From: a virus
Taxonomy: Duplodnaviria > Caudoviricetes
Length of the DNA stretch: 51,296 nt
Strand: one strand, 5' to 3'
IMG/VR virus record: IMGVR_UViG_3300026187_001451
Location: 1-51,296 of that record
Shown here in pieces: positions 19,022 to 28,095 of the stretch. Made by a program: the position numbers and the translations under genes. The notes under the pieces are model-generated. The model saw nothing but the letters and a program-made list of their open reading frames with translations. It made no database searches and had not been told where the DNA came from. Position 1 is the first letter of the stretch, and each line of letters begins with the position of its first letter.

Positions 19022-20202
19022 TGTCAGAAATTAAACTATCACATAAGATTAAGAATGATGAATACACGGAGTATGTGTATAACACCTTTGATATTCAAGA
19101 CCGAGATACTACAAGTGTAAGTATCCCAATGAAAATTGGGGACTTAGATACATTTGAGTGGAATATCGGTGTAATCTATGGGAGTAGTGGGTCTGGTAAG
19201 TCCACCATCTTAAATAAATTGGGTGGTGTTCGTAGTATCAAGTTTGATGAAGAGAAATCGTTGATATCAAACTTTGATTGGTTAACTCCAGAAGAAGCAG
19301 GTAGAGTCCTTACATCCATCGGTCTATCATCCATTCCAACTTGGTTGAGACCTTACCGATTATTAAGTAATGGTGAAAAGTATAGAGCAGAACTTGCATA
19401 CTTGATATCATCCTCAAAGGATGGTGACATCATTCTAATAGATGAGTATACTTCAGTAGTGGATAGAGATGTTGCAAAAGCAATGTCGTTTGCTCTTCAG
19501 AAGTATATTCGTAGAGAAGGTAAGAGAATCATCCTTGCATCGTGTCACTACGATATTATGGAATGGTTGATGCCCGATTGGACTGTATCACCCGAAAAAG
19601 ATGGAGGCGCACTCGTGAGAGGCGAATGGCTTCGGCAAGGGAGACCACAAATCAATCTACACATTAGTAGAGTCGAACCTCAAACTTGGGACTTGTTCAA
19701 AAGACATCACTATTTAACCGAAGAGGTTAATAAGGCATTTATCTTCCTATTATATGAGTGGAATGACAAGCCAGTTGCTATGGGAGTCATCGGTAGACAA
19801 ATTGGTAAAGGGCAGGGGTATTCTTTAAGAGGTAGTAGAACAGTAGTTCTTCCCGATTATCAAGGTCTTGGAATTGGGTCACATATATCCAATTTCCAAG
19901 GTGCAGTAGCAGCAAATAGAGGTGCTAAGTATTTTACCAAAACGGTAAATCCTGCATTGGGTGAGTATCGAAATAAAAGAACTGATTTATGGAGTCCGAC
20001 TGGTCACAACGGCAGACAACGTAATGATGAGAACTATGAATCAATCGTATACAAAACACTTAAACAACGACCATCATACTGCCACTCCTATTGTGGTCCA
20101 TCGATAGATGGGTATGATGAGTTATTAGACCCAATTGATAAAGTTCGTATGATGAGTCGTGTAGACTTAGATTTAGTCCGAAACTTTTGGGATGTTGAAT
20201 AA
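19021..20202 (+). CDS. ABC-type ATPase fused to GNAT (Mom-like) acetyltransferase
   Basis: GSSGSGKS, LSNGEKYR, ILIDEYTS, ASCH; then W..FKRHHYL...SRTVVLPDYQGLGIG (acetyl-CoA binding motif). Confidence 0.88.
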   Translation: MSEIKLSHKIKNDEYTEYVYNTFDIQDRDTTSVSIPMKIGDLDTFEWNIGVIYGSSGSGKSTILNKLGGVRSIKFDEEKSLISNFDWLTPEEAGRVLTSIGLSSIPTWLRPYRLLSNGEKYRAELAYLISSSKDGDIILIDEYTSVVDRDVAKAMSFALQKYIRREGKRIILASCHYDIMEWLMPDWTVSPEKDGGALVRGEWLRQGRPQINLHISRVEPQTWDLFKRHHYLTEEVNKAFIFLLYEWNDKPVAMGVIGRQIGKGQGYSLRGSRTVVLPDYQGLGIGSHISNFQGAVAANRGAKYFTKTVNPALGEYRNKRTDLWSPTGHNGRQRNDENYESIVYKTLKQRPSYCHSYCGPSIDGYDELLDPIDKVRMMSRVDLDLVRNFWDVE

Positions 20203-20217
20203 TTTTTTGTATATTAG
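20186..20217 (+). promoter_or_regulatory. Promoter TTTG-N20-TATATTAG
   Basis: Directly upstream of the family B polymerase gene. Confidence 0.75.
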
Positions 20218-20233
20218 TATAAAATAAGACTTA

Positions 20234-22747
20234 ATGTATCAAAATGTATATTACGAAAAAGAAAAGAATCTCATCCATTGTTGGGATGATGAAAAAGGTT
20301 ACTTTACATCTAAGTATCGTAGATATGCTTACGTTAGAGATGGCAATGGTGCTCATACTTCTATTCACGGAGAGAGGTTAAAGAAGATTAATTTTTGGAA
20401 ACAAGATGAGGGTCTTCAGTTATACGAGAGTGATGTAAATGAGGTGACACGTTTTCTAATCGATAACTATGGTGATTCTGATGAGGTGTCTAAAGGACAC
20501 ACTCTATTCACATTCGATATCGAGGTAGAGATGAATAGTGGACTACCTGACATCACAAAAGCAGGCAATGCTATGACCTCAGTCGCAGGTCACGATTCGG
20601 TTACTGGAGACTACTTCGTATATGTCGTAAACAAGGGTGAGAAGATTGATAAGACCATCAAAGGTGCACGTGTAGTATCATTTGATACTGAAGAAGATAT
20701 GGTTATGGCTTTCCTAAACAAGTGGAAAGAGATTAGACCTACCGTAGTTACTGGGTGGAACATCGATTACTTTGATATTACCTACCTATACAATCGTATT
20801 AAGGTTTTATTTGGAGAGGGTGTTGCAAATCAACTATCACCGATTGGTAAAGTGACTTGGAACAAATATCGTAGTAGATACCTCATCGCAGGAGTTTCGT
20901 GTTTGGATTACCTTGCATTATACAAAAACTTTACCTATACTGAATTACCTAACTACCGATTGGATACAGTCGCAGTAACTGAATTGGGTAGAGGTAAGAT
21001 TGAGTATGAAGGTAACCTTGACCAATTGTTCAGAGATGACTTAGAAAAATTTATTGAGTATAACTTGGTGGATGTTGAGTTGGTTGTTGATATGGATAAG
21101 AAACTTCAGTTCATCGAACTTGCTCAAGCAATTTGTCACGCAGGTCACGTGTTCTACGAAGATTTCCTATTCTCATCAAAGTGGTTAGAGGGTGCAATCC
21201 TAACATTCCTAAGAAGGTCTGGTCGCGTTGCTCCAAACAAACCACCTCGTGTTGCACGTGATGAGAATGATACGAATGGGGGTAAGTTTACTGGTGCTTA
21301 TGTGAAAGAACCAAAACCTGGTCTTTATAAGTGGGTATATGATTTGGATTTAACATCACTATATCCATCGATTATTATGACCTTGAACACTTCACCAGAG
21401 ACCAAGATTGGTAAGTTGAAGAACTTCACATCAGAGGACCATATAAAGGGTAAAATTGAAACCTACTCAATTATCGATGATGATGGCAATGAGTTTCCAC
21501 CTTTGAATAGAGAAAAGTTTATGGAGTTCGTGGAGACATCCGACTACTCAATCGCTGCAAATGGTGTTCTATATCGTAGAGATAAGATTGGGGTGATTCC
21601 TGAGATTCTAAATGTTTGGTTTGACAAACGTGTGGAATACAAAGACCTTATGAAGAAGTATGGTAAGGAAGGTAATGATGAATTGTATAAGTTCTACTCT
21701 CAGCGTCAGTTGGTTCAAAAGATTATGTTGAACTCCCTATATGGGGTATTGGGTCTACCATCGTTTAGATTCTATGATGTGGACAATGCTGAGGCAACCA
21801 CGATTACTGGTCAGTCGGTGATTAAGACTACTGAGTTGATTGCTAACCAATACTATACTAAGATTATTGGTAAAGAGGCAGATTACAATGTATATACTGA
21901 TACTGATTCAGTCTTTTATCAGGCAGCACCACTTGTAAAAGCACGTAACCCTCAAATTGATGAGAACTCGGATGAGCAAATGATTCCTGCGATTCTATCA
22001 GTAGCAAGGGAAGTTGAGGAACACATCAACAAGGTCTATGATATGATGGCATTTAAGATGTTTAATGTGGACTCACATAGATTTGATATCAAACAAGAGA
22101 CTATTGCTAAAGGTGGTTTTTGGGTATCAAAGAAGAGATATGCTCAATGGATTATCAATGATAACACCGTAGATTGTGACAAGTTGGATGTAAAGGGATT
22201 GGATGTAAAACGTTCATCATTCCCAACTTACTTCAAAGAAGTGATGTCAACTGTATTGATGGATATTCTAAAGGATGCTGATAAAGATGAATTAGACCAA
22301 AAGATTTTGGATTACAAGCGCGGTATGACTGACCAACGATTCGTTGATATTGCAAAGAATTCAGCAGTGAAGGATATGTCTAAGTACTTGTTTAAGAATC
22401 AAGCATTGGGTGAGTTTATGAAGGGAACTCCTGCTCACGTAAAAGCTGCGATTACTTATAATCAATTACTAAAGAAGTTCAATGCCCCTTACAAATATGA
22501 ACCAATGAAGGATGGTGACAAAATCAAATGGGTATATCTAAAGAAGAATCCACTTGGGTTAGAAACCACAGGATTCACTGGTCATTCAGACCCACCAGAA
22601 ATCAATGCATTCATCCAACAATATATCGATTATGATTTGATTTGGGAGAAGGAGTTGAACAATAAGTTGGATGACTTCTACAAAGCAATGGATTGGGAGA
22701 AACCAAATCCTAACCTTGCTACTGCATCACAATTCTTTTCATTTTAA
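20234..22747 (+). CDS. Family B DNA polymerase (T4 gp43-like)
   Basis: Exonuclease motifs FDIEV, GWNIDYFD, YNLVD; polymerase motifs DLTSLYPS, KIMLNSLYG, YTDTDS, KKRY. Confidence 0.97.
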   Translation: MYQNVYYEKEKNLIHCWDDEKGYFTSKYRRYAYVRDGNGAHTSIHGERLKKINFWKQDEGLQLYESDVNEVTRFLIDNYGDSDEVSKGHTLFTFDIEVEMNSGLPDITKAGNAMTSVAGHDSVTGDYFVYVVNKGEKIDKTIKGARVVSFDTEEDMVMAFLNKWKEIRPTVVTGWNIDYFDITYLYNRIKVLFGEGVANQLSPIGKVTWNKYRSRYLIAGVSCLDYLALYKNFTYTELPNYRLDTVAVTELGRGKIEYEGNLDQLFRDDLEKFIEYNLVDVELVVDMDKKLQFIELAQAICHAGHVFYEDFLFSSKWLEGAILTFLRRSGRVAPNKPPRVARDENDTNGGKFTGAYVKEPKPGLYKWVYDLDLTSLYPSIIMTLNTSPETKIGKLKNFTSEDHIKGKIETYSIIDDDGNEFPPLNREKFMEFVETSDYSIAANGVLYRRDKIGVIPEILNVWFDKRVEYKDLMKKYGKEGNDELYKFYSQRQLVQKIMLNSLYGVLGLPSFRFYDVDNAEATTITGQSVIKTTELIANQYYTKIIGKEADYNVYTDTDSVFYQAAPLVKARNPQIDENSDEQMIPAILSVAREVEEHINKVYDMMAFKMFNVDSHRFDIKQETIAKGGFWVSKKRYAQWIINDNTVDCDKLDVKGLDVKRSSFPTYFKEVMSTVLMDILKDADKDELDQKILDYKRGMTDQRFVDIAKNSAVKDMSKYLFKNQALGEFMKGTPAHVKAAITYNQLLKKFNAPYKYEPMKDGDKIKWVYLKKNPLGLETTGFTGHSDPPEINAFIQQYIDYDLIWEKELNNKLDDFYKAMDWEKPNPNLATASQFFSF

Positions 22748-22779
22748 TTTGGATAGTAAGAATAAATTTTGTATATTAG
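22748..22779 (+). promoter_or_regulatory. Promoter TTTG-N20-TATATTAG
   Basis: Intergenic, upstream of the sliding clamp gene. Confidence 0.75.
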
Positions 22780-22810
22780 TAAAGTTAAAAAGTAAATAAT
22801 AAAGGAAACT

Positions 22811-23509
22811 ATGAAAAAAAGTTCTATTGAAGGTTTCATCTCTCGCTATAACTTAGGTGGTGAGATTGAATCTGTAAAGATTGAGTCAACTGATGCAGGT
22901 ATGTCAGTTAGATTTATCTCTGATGACAAAACTCTCTTGGGTGATGTATCAAGTGAAGAGACTGACTTTCCAAATGGGGAGTTTGGTATCTACACCACAT
23001 CTCAACTAAAAAACCTATTGGGTGTATTGGGAAGTGATGTTGATGTTAATGAAGGTAATGCAAGTTTGACATTTGGTGATAGTGGAACAACGATTAACTA
23101 TATGTTAGCAGACCTATCAGTAGTGCCAATCGTACCAGACCTAAAACAACTTCCACCATTTGGTTCTACAATCACTTTGAATGATGAGTTTGTATCTAAG
23201 TTCGTTAAGTCTAAAGGTGCATTGAGTGATTCGGATACATTTACATTTACTTGTAAAGATGGCAAGGGTGAGGTAATCTTGGGTTACCAAAAGAGTATGA
23301 ATTCAAACCGAATCTCACTTAATGTAGATTGTACGTGTGATGGTGATGTTGAACCAATTTCATTCTCAGCAAAATACTTGAAAGAAATCCTAAATGCAAA
23401 TCGTGCTGCAAAATCATCTTCAATGAAGGTTTCATCACAAGGTCTTGCATCTGTATCGTTTGAACACGATGGGTTTAAATCTAACTATTTCTTGGTGGAG
23501 ATTAAGTAA
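22811..23509 (+). CDS. Sliding clamp (gp45/PCNA-like)
   Basis: 232 aa, acidic, between polymerase and clamp loader; EFGIY...L..L, Y.LAD..V, ISFSAKYLKEIL, C-terminal YFLV. Confidence 0.75.
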   Translation: MKKSSIEGFISRYNLGGEIESVKIESTDAGMSVRFISDDKTLLGDVSSEETDFPNGEFGIYTTSQLKNLLGVLGSDVDVNEGNASLTFGDSGTTINYMLADLSVVPIVPDLKQLPPFGSTITLNDEFVSKFVKSKGALSDSDTFTFTCKDGKGEVILGYQKSMNSNRISLNVDCTCDGDVEPISFSAKYLKEILNANRAAKSSSMKVSSQGLASVSFEHDGFKSNYFLVEIK

Positions 23510-24762
23510 TGAGTCTCGTTAAGATACATACACATCAAAGAGCAGAAGCAGAACGGATGCTACGAGAAATTGAACTCGAAGGTCCATTTTGGAACTATGG
23601 AGTTCACTATAAAGTTATAGAGGATTTCTACGATGGGTTTGACTTGACAAATGAACATTATACCAATCTTCCAGAATTTAGATGGTCACCAAACATTCAA
23701 AGTAGAACTTACATCAAAGTAGATACACCTACTGATGAGGTAAGAAATGCAGTCTTTGAAAAGTTTGGACAAAAGGTAGGTGGGTTGAATTATATTCATT
23801 ATAAACTTGACCCAAATCCTGCGACTGAATGTGAATACACATTTGATTATAAGGTTGAACCAAAATACCCATTATATGTAATATCATTGGGTAGATGGGA
23901 CAAAACATACACCATTGACACATTAGAAGAGATGGGTATTGATTTTAACATTTGTGTTGAACCAAAGGAATACGACAAGTATGCTGCCAATCCAAAGATT
24001 GATGAAAACAAACTCATCAAACTACCCGAAAACTTTAGTGAGAGGGGAATGGGTGGTATTCCAGTTCGTAACTTTGTATGGGAACACTCGGTTGAAGCAG
24101 GACATAAGAAGCATTGGATTATTGATGATAACATCGAAGGATTTTTTAGATGGAATGATAATGTCCAAAAGAAAGTCAAAGATGGGGTATTCTTTAGAAT
24201 AATGGAAGACTTTAGTGATAGATACGAAAACCTCGGATTAGTAGGGTGTCAGTATGCATCATTTGTCCCTGCTAATGAACCACGTAGAACTCAGTTCATC
24301 ATCAATACACGTGTGTATAGTTGTATCTTAATTAACACGGAACTTCTTGACCAACGTTTGGAAGAGCGATGGAGGGGTAGATATAATGAGGATACTGACC
24401 TTGCTCTAAGAGTATTATCCACTGGTGATTTATGTACCGTAAACTTCAATATGCTCTTATCGGGTAAGAAGACAACAGGTACAGTAAAGGGTGGTAATAC
24501 AAATACTATCTATGAGTTTGGTGATAACAAAGAAGAGAATGCTAAGTTCACTGGTTTGCAGAAGAAGTTTGATGAACTCAAAGAAAATTGGGGAGACATC
24601 GTACAATATACTACTGCAAAGCATGCCGATGGTAGACCACACCACGTTATTCAATACACTAAGTTGTTTCAGCAAGAATTGGTGATGAAAGAAGGGGTTC
24701 AGTTAGAACCAAAGGTCAACGAGTACAATATGAAATTTGAAAAAGCAAATAAAGATGAGTAA
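23509..24762 (+). CDS. TET/JBP-associated-type (GREB1-like) glycosyltransferase with N-terminal extension
   Basis: YPLYVISLGR, VEPKEYDKY, RNFVWEHS..GHKKHWIIDDNI, NTRVYSCILI, WRGRYNEDTDL.LRVL, KGGNT. Confidence 0.8.
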   Translation: MSLVKIHTHQRAEAERMLREIELEGPFWNYGVHYKVIEDFYDGFDLTNEHYTNLPEFRWSPNIQSRTYIKVDTPTDEVRNAVFEKFGQKVGGLNYIHYKLDPNPATECEYTFDYKVEPKYPLYVISLGRWDKTYTIDTLEEMGIDFNICVEPKEYDKYAANPKIDENKLIKLPENFSERGMGGIPVRNFVWEHSVEAGHKKHWIIDDNIEGFFRWNDNVQKKVKDGVFFRIMEDFSDRYENLGLVGCQYASFVPANEPRRTQFIINTRVYSCILINTELLDQRLEERWRGRYNEDTDLALRVLSTGDLCTVNFNMLLSGKKTTGTVKGGNTNTIYEFGDNKEENAKFTGLQKKFDELKENWGDIVQYTTAKHADGRPHHVIQYTKLFQQELVMKEGVQLEPKVNEYNMKFEKANKDE

Positions 24763-25675
24763 TTCACTTTGGGTAGAAAAATATAGACCCGATACACTTG
24801 AAGGTTATGTTGGAAACGAACATATCCTTGAGAAAGTAAAGATTTACATTGAGAATGAGGATGTACCACATCTACTACTCTATGGGGTAGCGGGGACTGG
24901 TAAGACTACACTCGCTAAAATCATCACCAATCAGATTGATTGTGATGTTATGTACATCAACGCTTCGGATGAAAACTCCGTTGATGCAGTTCGTGATAAG
25001 ATTCGTGGGTTCGCATCATCAATGGGATTCCGTAAGTGGAAAGTTGTAATCTTAGATGAGGCAGACTACTTGACACCAAATGCTCAAGCAGCACTCCGTA
25101 ATCTAATGGAGACTTTCAGTAAATCTACTCGTTTCATTTTGACTTGTAACTATGTAGAGAAGGTTATTGACCCTATCCAATCACGTTGTCAGACATTTGC
25201 AATCACACCTCCATCAAAATCAGAGGTGGCAAAGAGACTATATGACATCCTAAACTTTGAGAGTGTAGACTTCCGTAAAGAAGACCTACCAATCTTGGTG
25301 AATAGTGGGTATCCCGACATTCGTAGAGTCCTCAACGCAGCACAACGACAAGTTGTAAAAGGTGAGTTGAAGATTGATACAACCTCTACTGTTCAAGCAA
25401 ACTACATTGATAACTTGGTTAAGGTTCTACAAAAGGGTGGTGATGTAAAACAACAATTCACCGAAATTAGACAAATCATTGCCGATTCAAAAGTTAAGGA
25501 TTTTACACCATTGTATAGAGGACTATATGATGAGGTAGATACTTATGCAAGTGGCAAAGTGGGTCAGACCATCTTAAACATCGCAGATGGTCAATATAAA
25601 GACTCAATGGTAGTTGATAAAGAAATCAACGTAATGGCGATGATATTGAATATATTAATTACATTAGGAAAGTAA
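24755..25675 (+). CDS. Clamp loader large subunit (RFC / gp44-like)
   Basis: LWVEKYRP, GVAGTGKTT, INASD, ILDEAD, FILTCN, IQSRC, DIRR; start reassigned to ATG 24755. Confidence 0.95.
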   Translation: MSNSLWVEKYRPDTLEGYVGNEHILEKVKIYIENEDVPHLLLYGVAGTGKTTLAKIITNQIDCDVMYINASDENSVDAVRDKIRGFASSMGFRKWKVVILDEADYLTPNAQAALRNLMETFSKSTRFILTCNYVEKVIDPIQSRCQTFAITPPSKSEVAKRLYDILNFESVDFRKEDLPILVNSGYPDIRRVLNAAQRQVVKGELKIDTTSTVQANYIDNLVKVLQKGGDVKQQFTEIRQIIADSKVKDFTPLYRGLYDEVDTYASGKVGQTILNIADGQYKDSMVVDKEINVMAMILNILITLGK

Positions 25676-25678
25676 ACT

Positions 25679-25849
25679 ATGGCAAATTCAAACGAATTAT
25701 TCGAACAAATGACCGAGTTGTTTGCAGACTTCTCGGAGTCTCACAATGGTACAACTAAGAAATCTGCAGCTCAAGCAAGAAAAGCAATTGGTGAGTTGAA
25801 GAAATTGGTAACTGAATACCGTAAAGCATCGGTAGAAGAAAACAAATAA
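25679..25849 (+). CDS. Histone H1-like Hc1-family small basic protein (absent from the ORF track)
   Basis: 56 aa MANSNELFEQMTELFADFSESHNGTTKKSAAQARKAIGELKKLVTEYRKASVEENK fills the gap exactly; the A..ARKA..ELKKL..EYRK.S pattern matches Bacteroidota/Chlamydia Hc1-like proteins. Confidence 0.75.
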   Translation: MANSNELFEQMTELFADFSESHNGTTKKSAAQARKAIGELKKLVTEYRKASVEENK

Positions 25850-25850
25850 G

Positions 25851-26129
25851 ATGGCTAAAAAAGGTAAAATCGTAGAGATGGGTCAACCGGCAAAATCTCC
25901 ACAAATGAATTTGGATGTTACGAAGTTGAAGAACGTAACGTGTCCACAATGTGATGGTATCTTCTTCGATGAACTACAAATGTTCAAAGAGGTATCAGCA
26001 GTACAATCTCCGAATGGTCAAGCATCAATGCTACCAATTCCAGTTGTTGTATGTAACAATTGTGGTACGGTACATCCGAAGTTTACACCAAAAGAGTTAT
26101 TTGAAGATGTCGCAAACCAAGAAAGCTAA
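25851..26129 (+). CDS. Zinc-ribbon protein
   Basis: CPQC...CNNC pairs in 92 aa. Confidence 0.75.
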   Translation: MAKKGKIVEMGQPAKSPQMNLDVTKLKNVTCPQCDGIFFDELQMFKEVSAVQSPNGQASMLPIPVVVCNNCGTVHPKFTPKELFEDVANQES

Positions 26130-26547
26130 GACTATATTTGAGCATCTTTCTGGTATAAAGGAGAAAAAGGTTTCTTGGGAGTCCCTATCTGATATGGATA
26201 AGAAATCTTTTTCACCCTTTATCATCAATCGGTGGTTGTCTATGAACTTAGAGTTGGTGGGATTGGTAAACGAACTACAACCATACACCATAGGTCAACT
26301 ATCACCTCGTGATACTTACAAACTATACTTGGATGTTCTACCTAAGAAGAAGACATTTGACAAGTATGTTAAATCTAAGGGTAAGAGCAAGTATAATGAT
26401 AGTGTATTGGATTACCTATCAAAGTATTTCGAGGTATCGCATCGAGAAGTCAAGGACTATCTTGAGATTCTATCGAAGGATGAAGTAATTGAAATCATCC
26501 AAAAATTTGGAGTAGACAAAAAAGAAATCAAAAAATGGCTGAAGTGA
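26107..26547 (+). CDS. Clamp loader small subunit (gp62-like)
   Basis: TIFEHL..I, FSPFIINRWLSM, Y...LPKKK.F.KY.K, YFEVS.REV.DYL.IL; start reassigned to ATG 26107. Confidence 0.75.
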   Translation: MSQTKKAKTIFEHLSGIKEKKVSWESLSDMDKKSFSPFIINRWLSMNLELVGLVNELQPYTIGQLSPRDTYKLYLDVLPKKKTFDKYVKSKGKSKYNDSVLDYLSKYFEVSHREVKDYLEILSKDEVIEIIQKFGVDKKEIKKWLK

Positions 26548-26945
26548 TAAAAGAGGCAAAAAACAAAGTAGAGTGGGTTGGTGAAGAGGAACGACCAATT
26601 TATGGAGAACCAACTGCACGACAATATTGTGAAGAGACCTATCCAGAAATGATGGAAGAATACAAAAGGATTATGTGGGAACAATATGAGACCTTTTGTA
26701 AGAAGCAACGAAACTACGGACCAGGTAACATCTCAGTAGGAACTCCATTGGAGACAAAGGATGATGTAAAGTTGTCACTAACTGGGTTATGGTTCAGAAT
26801 GAACGATAAGATTCAGAGATTAAAACAATTAGTAGTATTGGGTCAACCTGATGAGGTTGGTGAGTCACTACAAGATACATATGCAGACTTATCAGTATAT
26901 GGTATCATCGCACAATTAGTACAAAACGGAAAATGGGCAAAGTAA
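26535..26945 (+). CDS. Nucleotide modification-associated domain 1 (Nmad1/DUF1599-like, MazG fold)
   Basis: F.KKQRNYG..NI...GL.FRMNDKIQRL...ESLQDTYADLSVYGII. Confidence 0.75.
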   Translation: MAEVIKEAKNKVEWVGEEERPIYGEPTARQYCEETYPEMMEEYKRIMWEQYETFCKKQRNYGPGNISVGTPLETKDDVKLSLTGLWFRMNDKIQRLKQLVVLGQPDEVGESLQDTYADLSVYGIIAQLVQNGKWAK

Positions 26946-27097
26946 AGATGTCCCTATATAGTCATTCAATCGTGATGGCTATATTGGGTATATGGGCAAC
27001 CTCATATCAATATGTCCCCGCCTCATTCTTAGGTGGGTTATTGATAGGGTATGGGTTGAGACTTGCATATACTGCAGGTCAGCAATCCAAAAGATAA
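26933..27097 (+). CDS. Small membrane protein (absent from the ORF track)
   Basis: 54 aa MGKVKMSLYSHSIVMAILGIWATSYQYVPASFLGGLLIGYGLRLAYTAGQQSKR; two hydrophobic segments; fills the gap. Confidence 0.55.
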   Translation: MGKVKMSLYSHSIVMAILGIWATSYQYVPASFLGGLLIGYGLRLAYTAGQQSKR

Positions 27098-27148
27098 CAA
27101 TTTCTTAACATAGAAATTTGGTAGTTTAAAAATAAAGTTGTATATTAG
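27094..27148 (+). promoter_or_regulatory. ATAACA-N5-TTAACA box plus promoter TTTG-N20-TATATTAG
   Basis: Shares TAACAATTTCTTAACAT with the 3840 and 4254 repeats; TTTG at 27117, TATATTAG at 27141. Confidence 0.75.
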
Positions 27149-27153
27149 AGTAT

Positions 27154-28092
27154 ATGAAAAAGTCAGAAGTATCAAACGTGTTTAACCTCTCCATTAGAGA
27201 GGAGATAAGTGGTGTTGCTAAAATATCATATTCACAATATACAATGTGGGCAAATTGTCCTAAACAATGGAAACTAACCTATATGGATGGTCACAAAGAC
27301 TTTGACCCATCCATTCATCTTGTATTCGGTACTGCAATGCACGAGACCTTACAAGGGTGGTTACAAGTTCTATATAAGGATGGTCCGAGTGAGGCAGACA
27401 AACTTGACTTAGGTCAGATACTACTAAACTCAATGGCAGCTGAATACAAGTCTATGTCTGAGAGGTATGGTCAGTTCACCACTCGTGCTGAGATGAACGA
27501 GTTCTACGATGATGGTATTCAAATCATTGACTTCATTAAGAAGAATCGTACCGACTACTTCTCAACTAAGAAGTTAAAGTTAGTAGGTGTCGAGTTACCA
27601 ATCTATCACGAAACATCCAACAAGAACATTATGATGAAGGGTTTCATCGATTTGGTGTTTGAGGATATGGATGGTATCATTGAGATTTGGGATATCAAAA
27701 CATCTACTCGTGGATGGAATGAGTATCAGAAGAAAGACAAAACCAAGACTGCACAATTAGTTTTATATAAGAAGTTCTTCTCAGAACAATATGGATGGCC
27801 AATCGACAAGATTCAAGTCCGTTACTTTATCGTAAAACGTAAGTTGTGGGAAGAGGCAATGTTTGCTCAGAAGAGAGTTCAAGAATTCGTACCTGCTCAC
27901 GGTAGTGTTACTATGAGAAATATATCAACGAGTTTCGATGACTTCATTGCCAAATCATTCAATGAAGATGGGTCATATAATACTGAAGGTGAGTTCCCTG
28001 CATTGGCAGGAAAGAACGGAAAGAATTGTAAGTATTGTCCATTCAAAAAGAACGATGAGTTGTGTCCTAAGAAGGAAAGAATTAAACCTTAA
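27154..28092 (+). CDS. PD-(D/E)XK exonuclease, Cas4/AddB-like with four Cys
   Basis: SYSQ....CP, FGTAMHE, E.PI, GFIDLV, DIKT, QL..Y, CKYCPF.....C. Confidence 0.88.
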   Translation: MKKSEVSNVFNLSIREEISGVAKISYSQYTMWANCPKQWKLTYMDGHKDFDPSIHLVFGTAMHETLQGWLQVLYKDGPSEADKLDLGQILLNSMAAEYKSMSERYGQFTTRAEMNEFYDDGIQIIDFIKKNRTDYFSTKKLKLVGVELPIYHETSNKNIMMKGFIDLVFEDMDGIIEIWDIKTSTRGWNEYQKKDKTKTAQLVLYKKFFSEQYGWPIDKIQVRYFIVKRKLWEEAMFAQKRVQEFVPAHGSVTMRNISTSFDDFIAKSFNEDGSYNTEGEFPALAGKNGKNCKYCPFKKNDELCPKKERIKP

Positions 28093-28095
28093 TAT

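Noticed and set aside
11502-22747. Inteins or group I introns in helicase, nrdA/nrdB or polymerase
   Set aside because: Protein lengths and motif spacing are normal, with no interruptions or intein terminal motifs seen.
25951-26106. N-terminal extensions of listed ORFs 25951, 18761, 28463, 24737 and 36959
   Set aside because: They overlap upstream genes; downstream ATGs at 26107, 18818, 28592, 24755 and 36980 fit the domain boundaries better.
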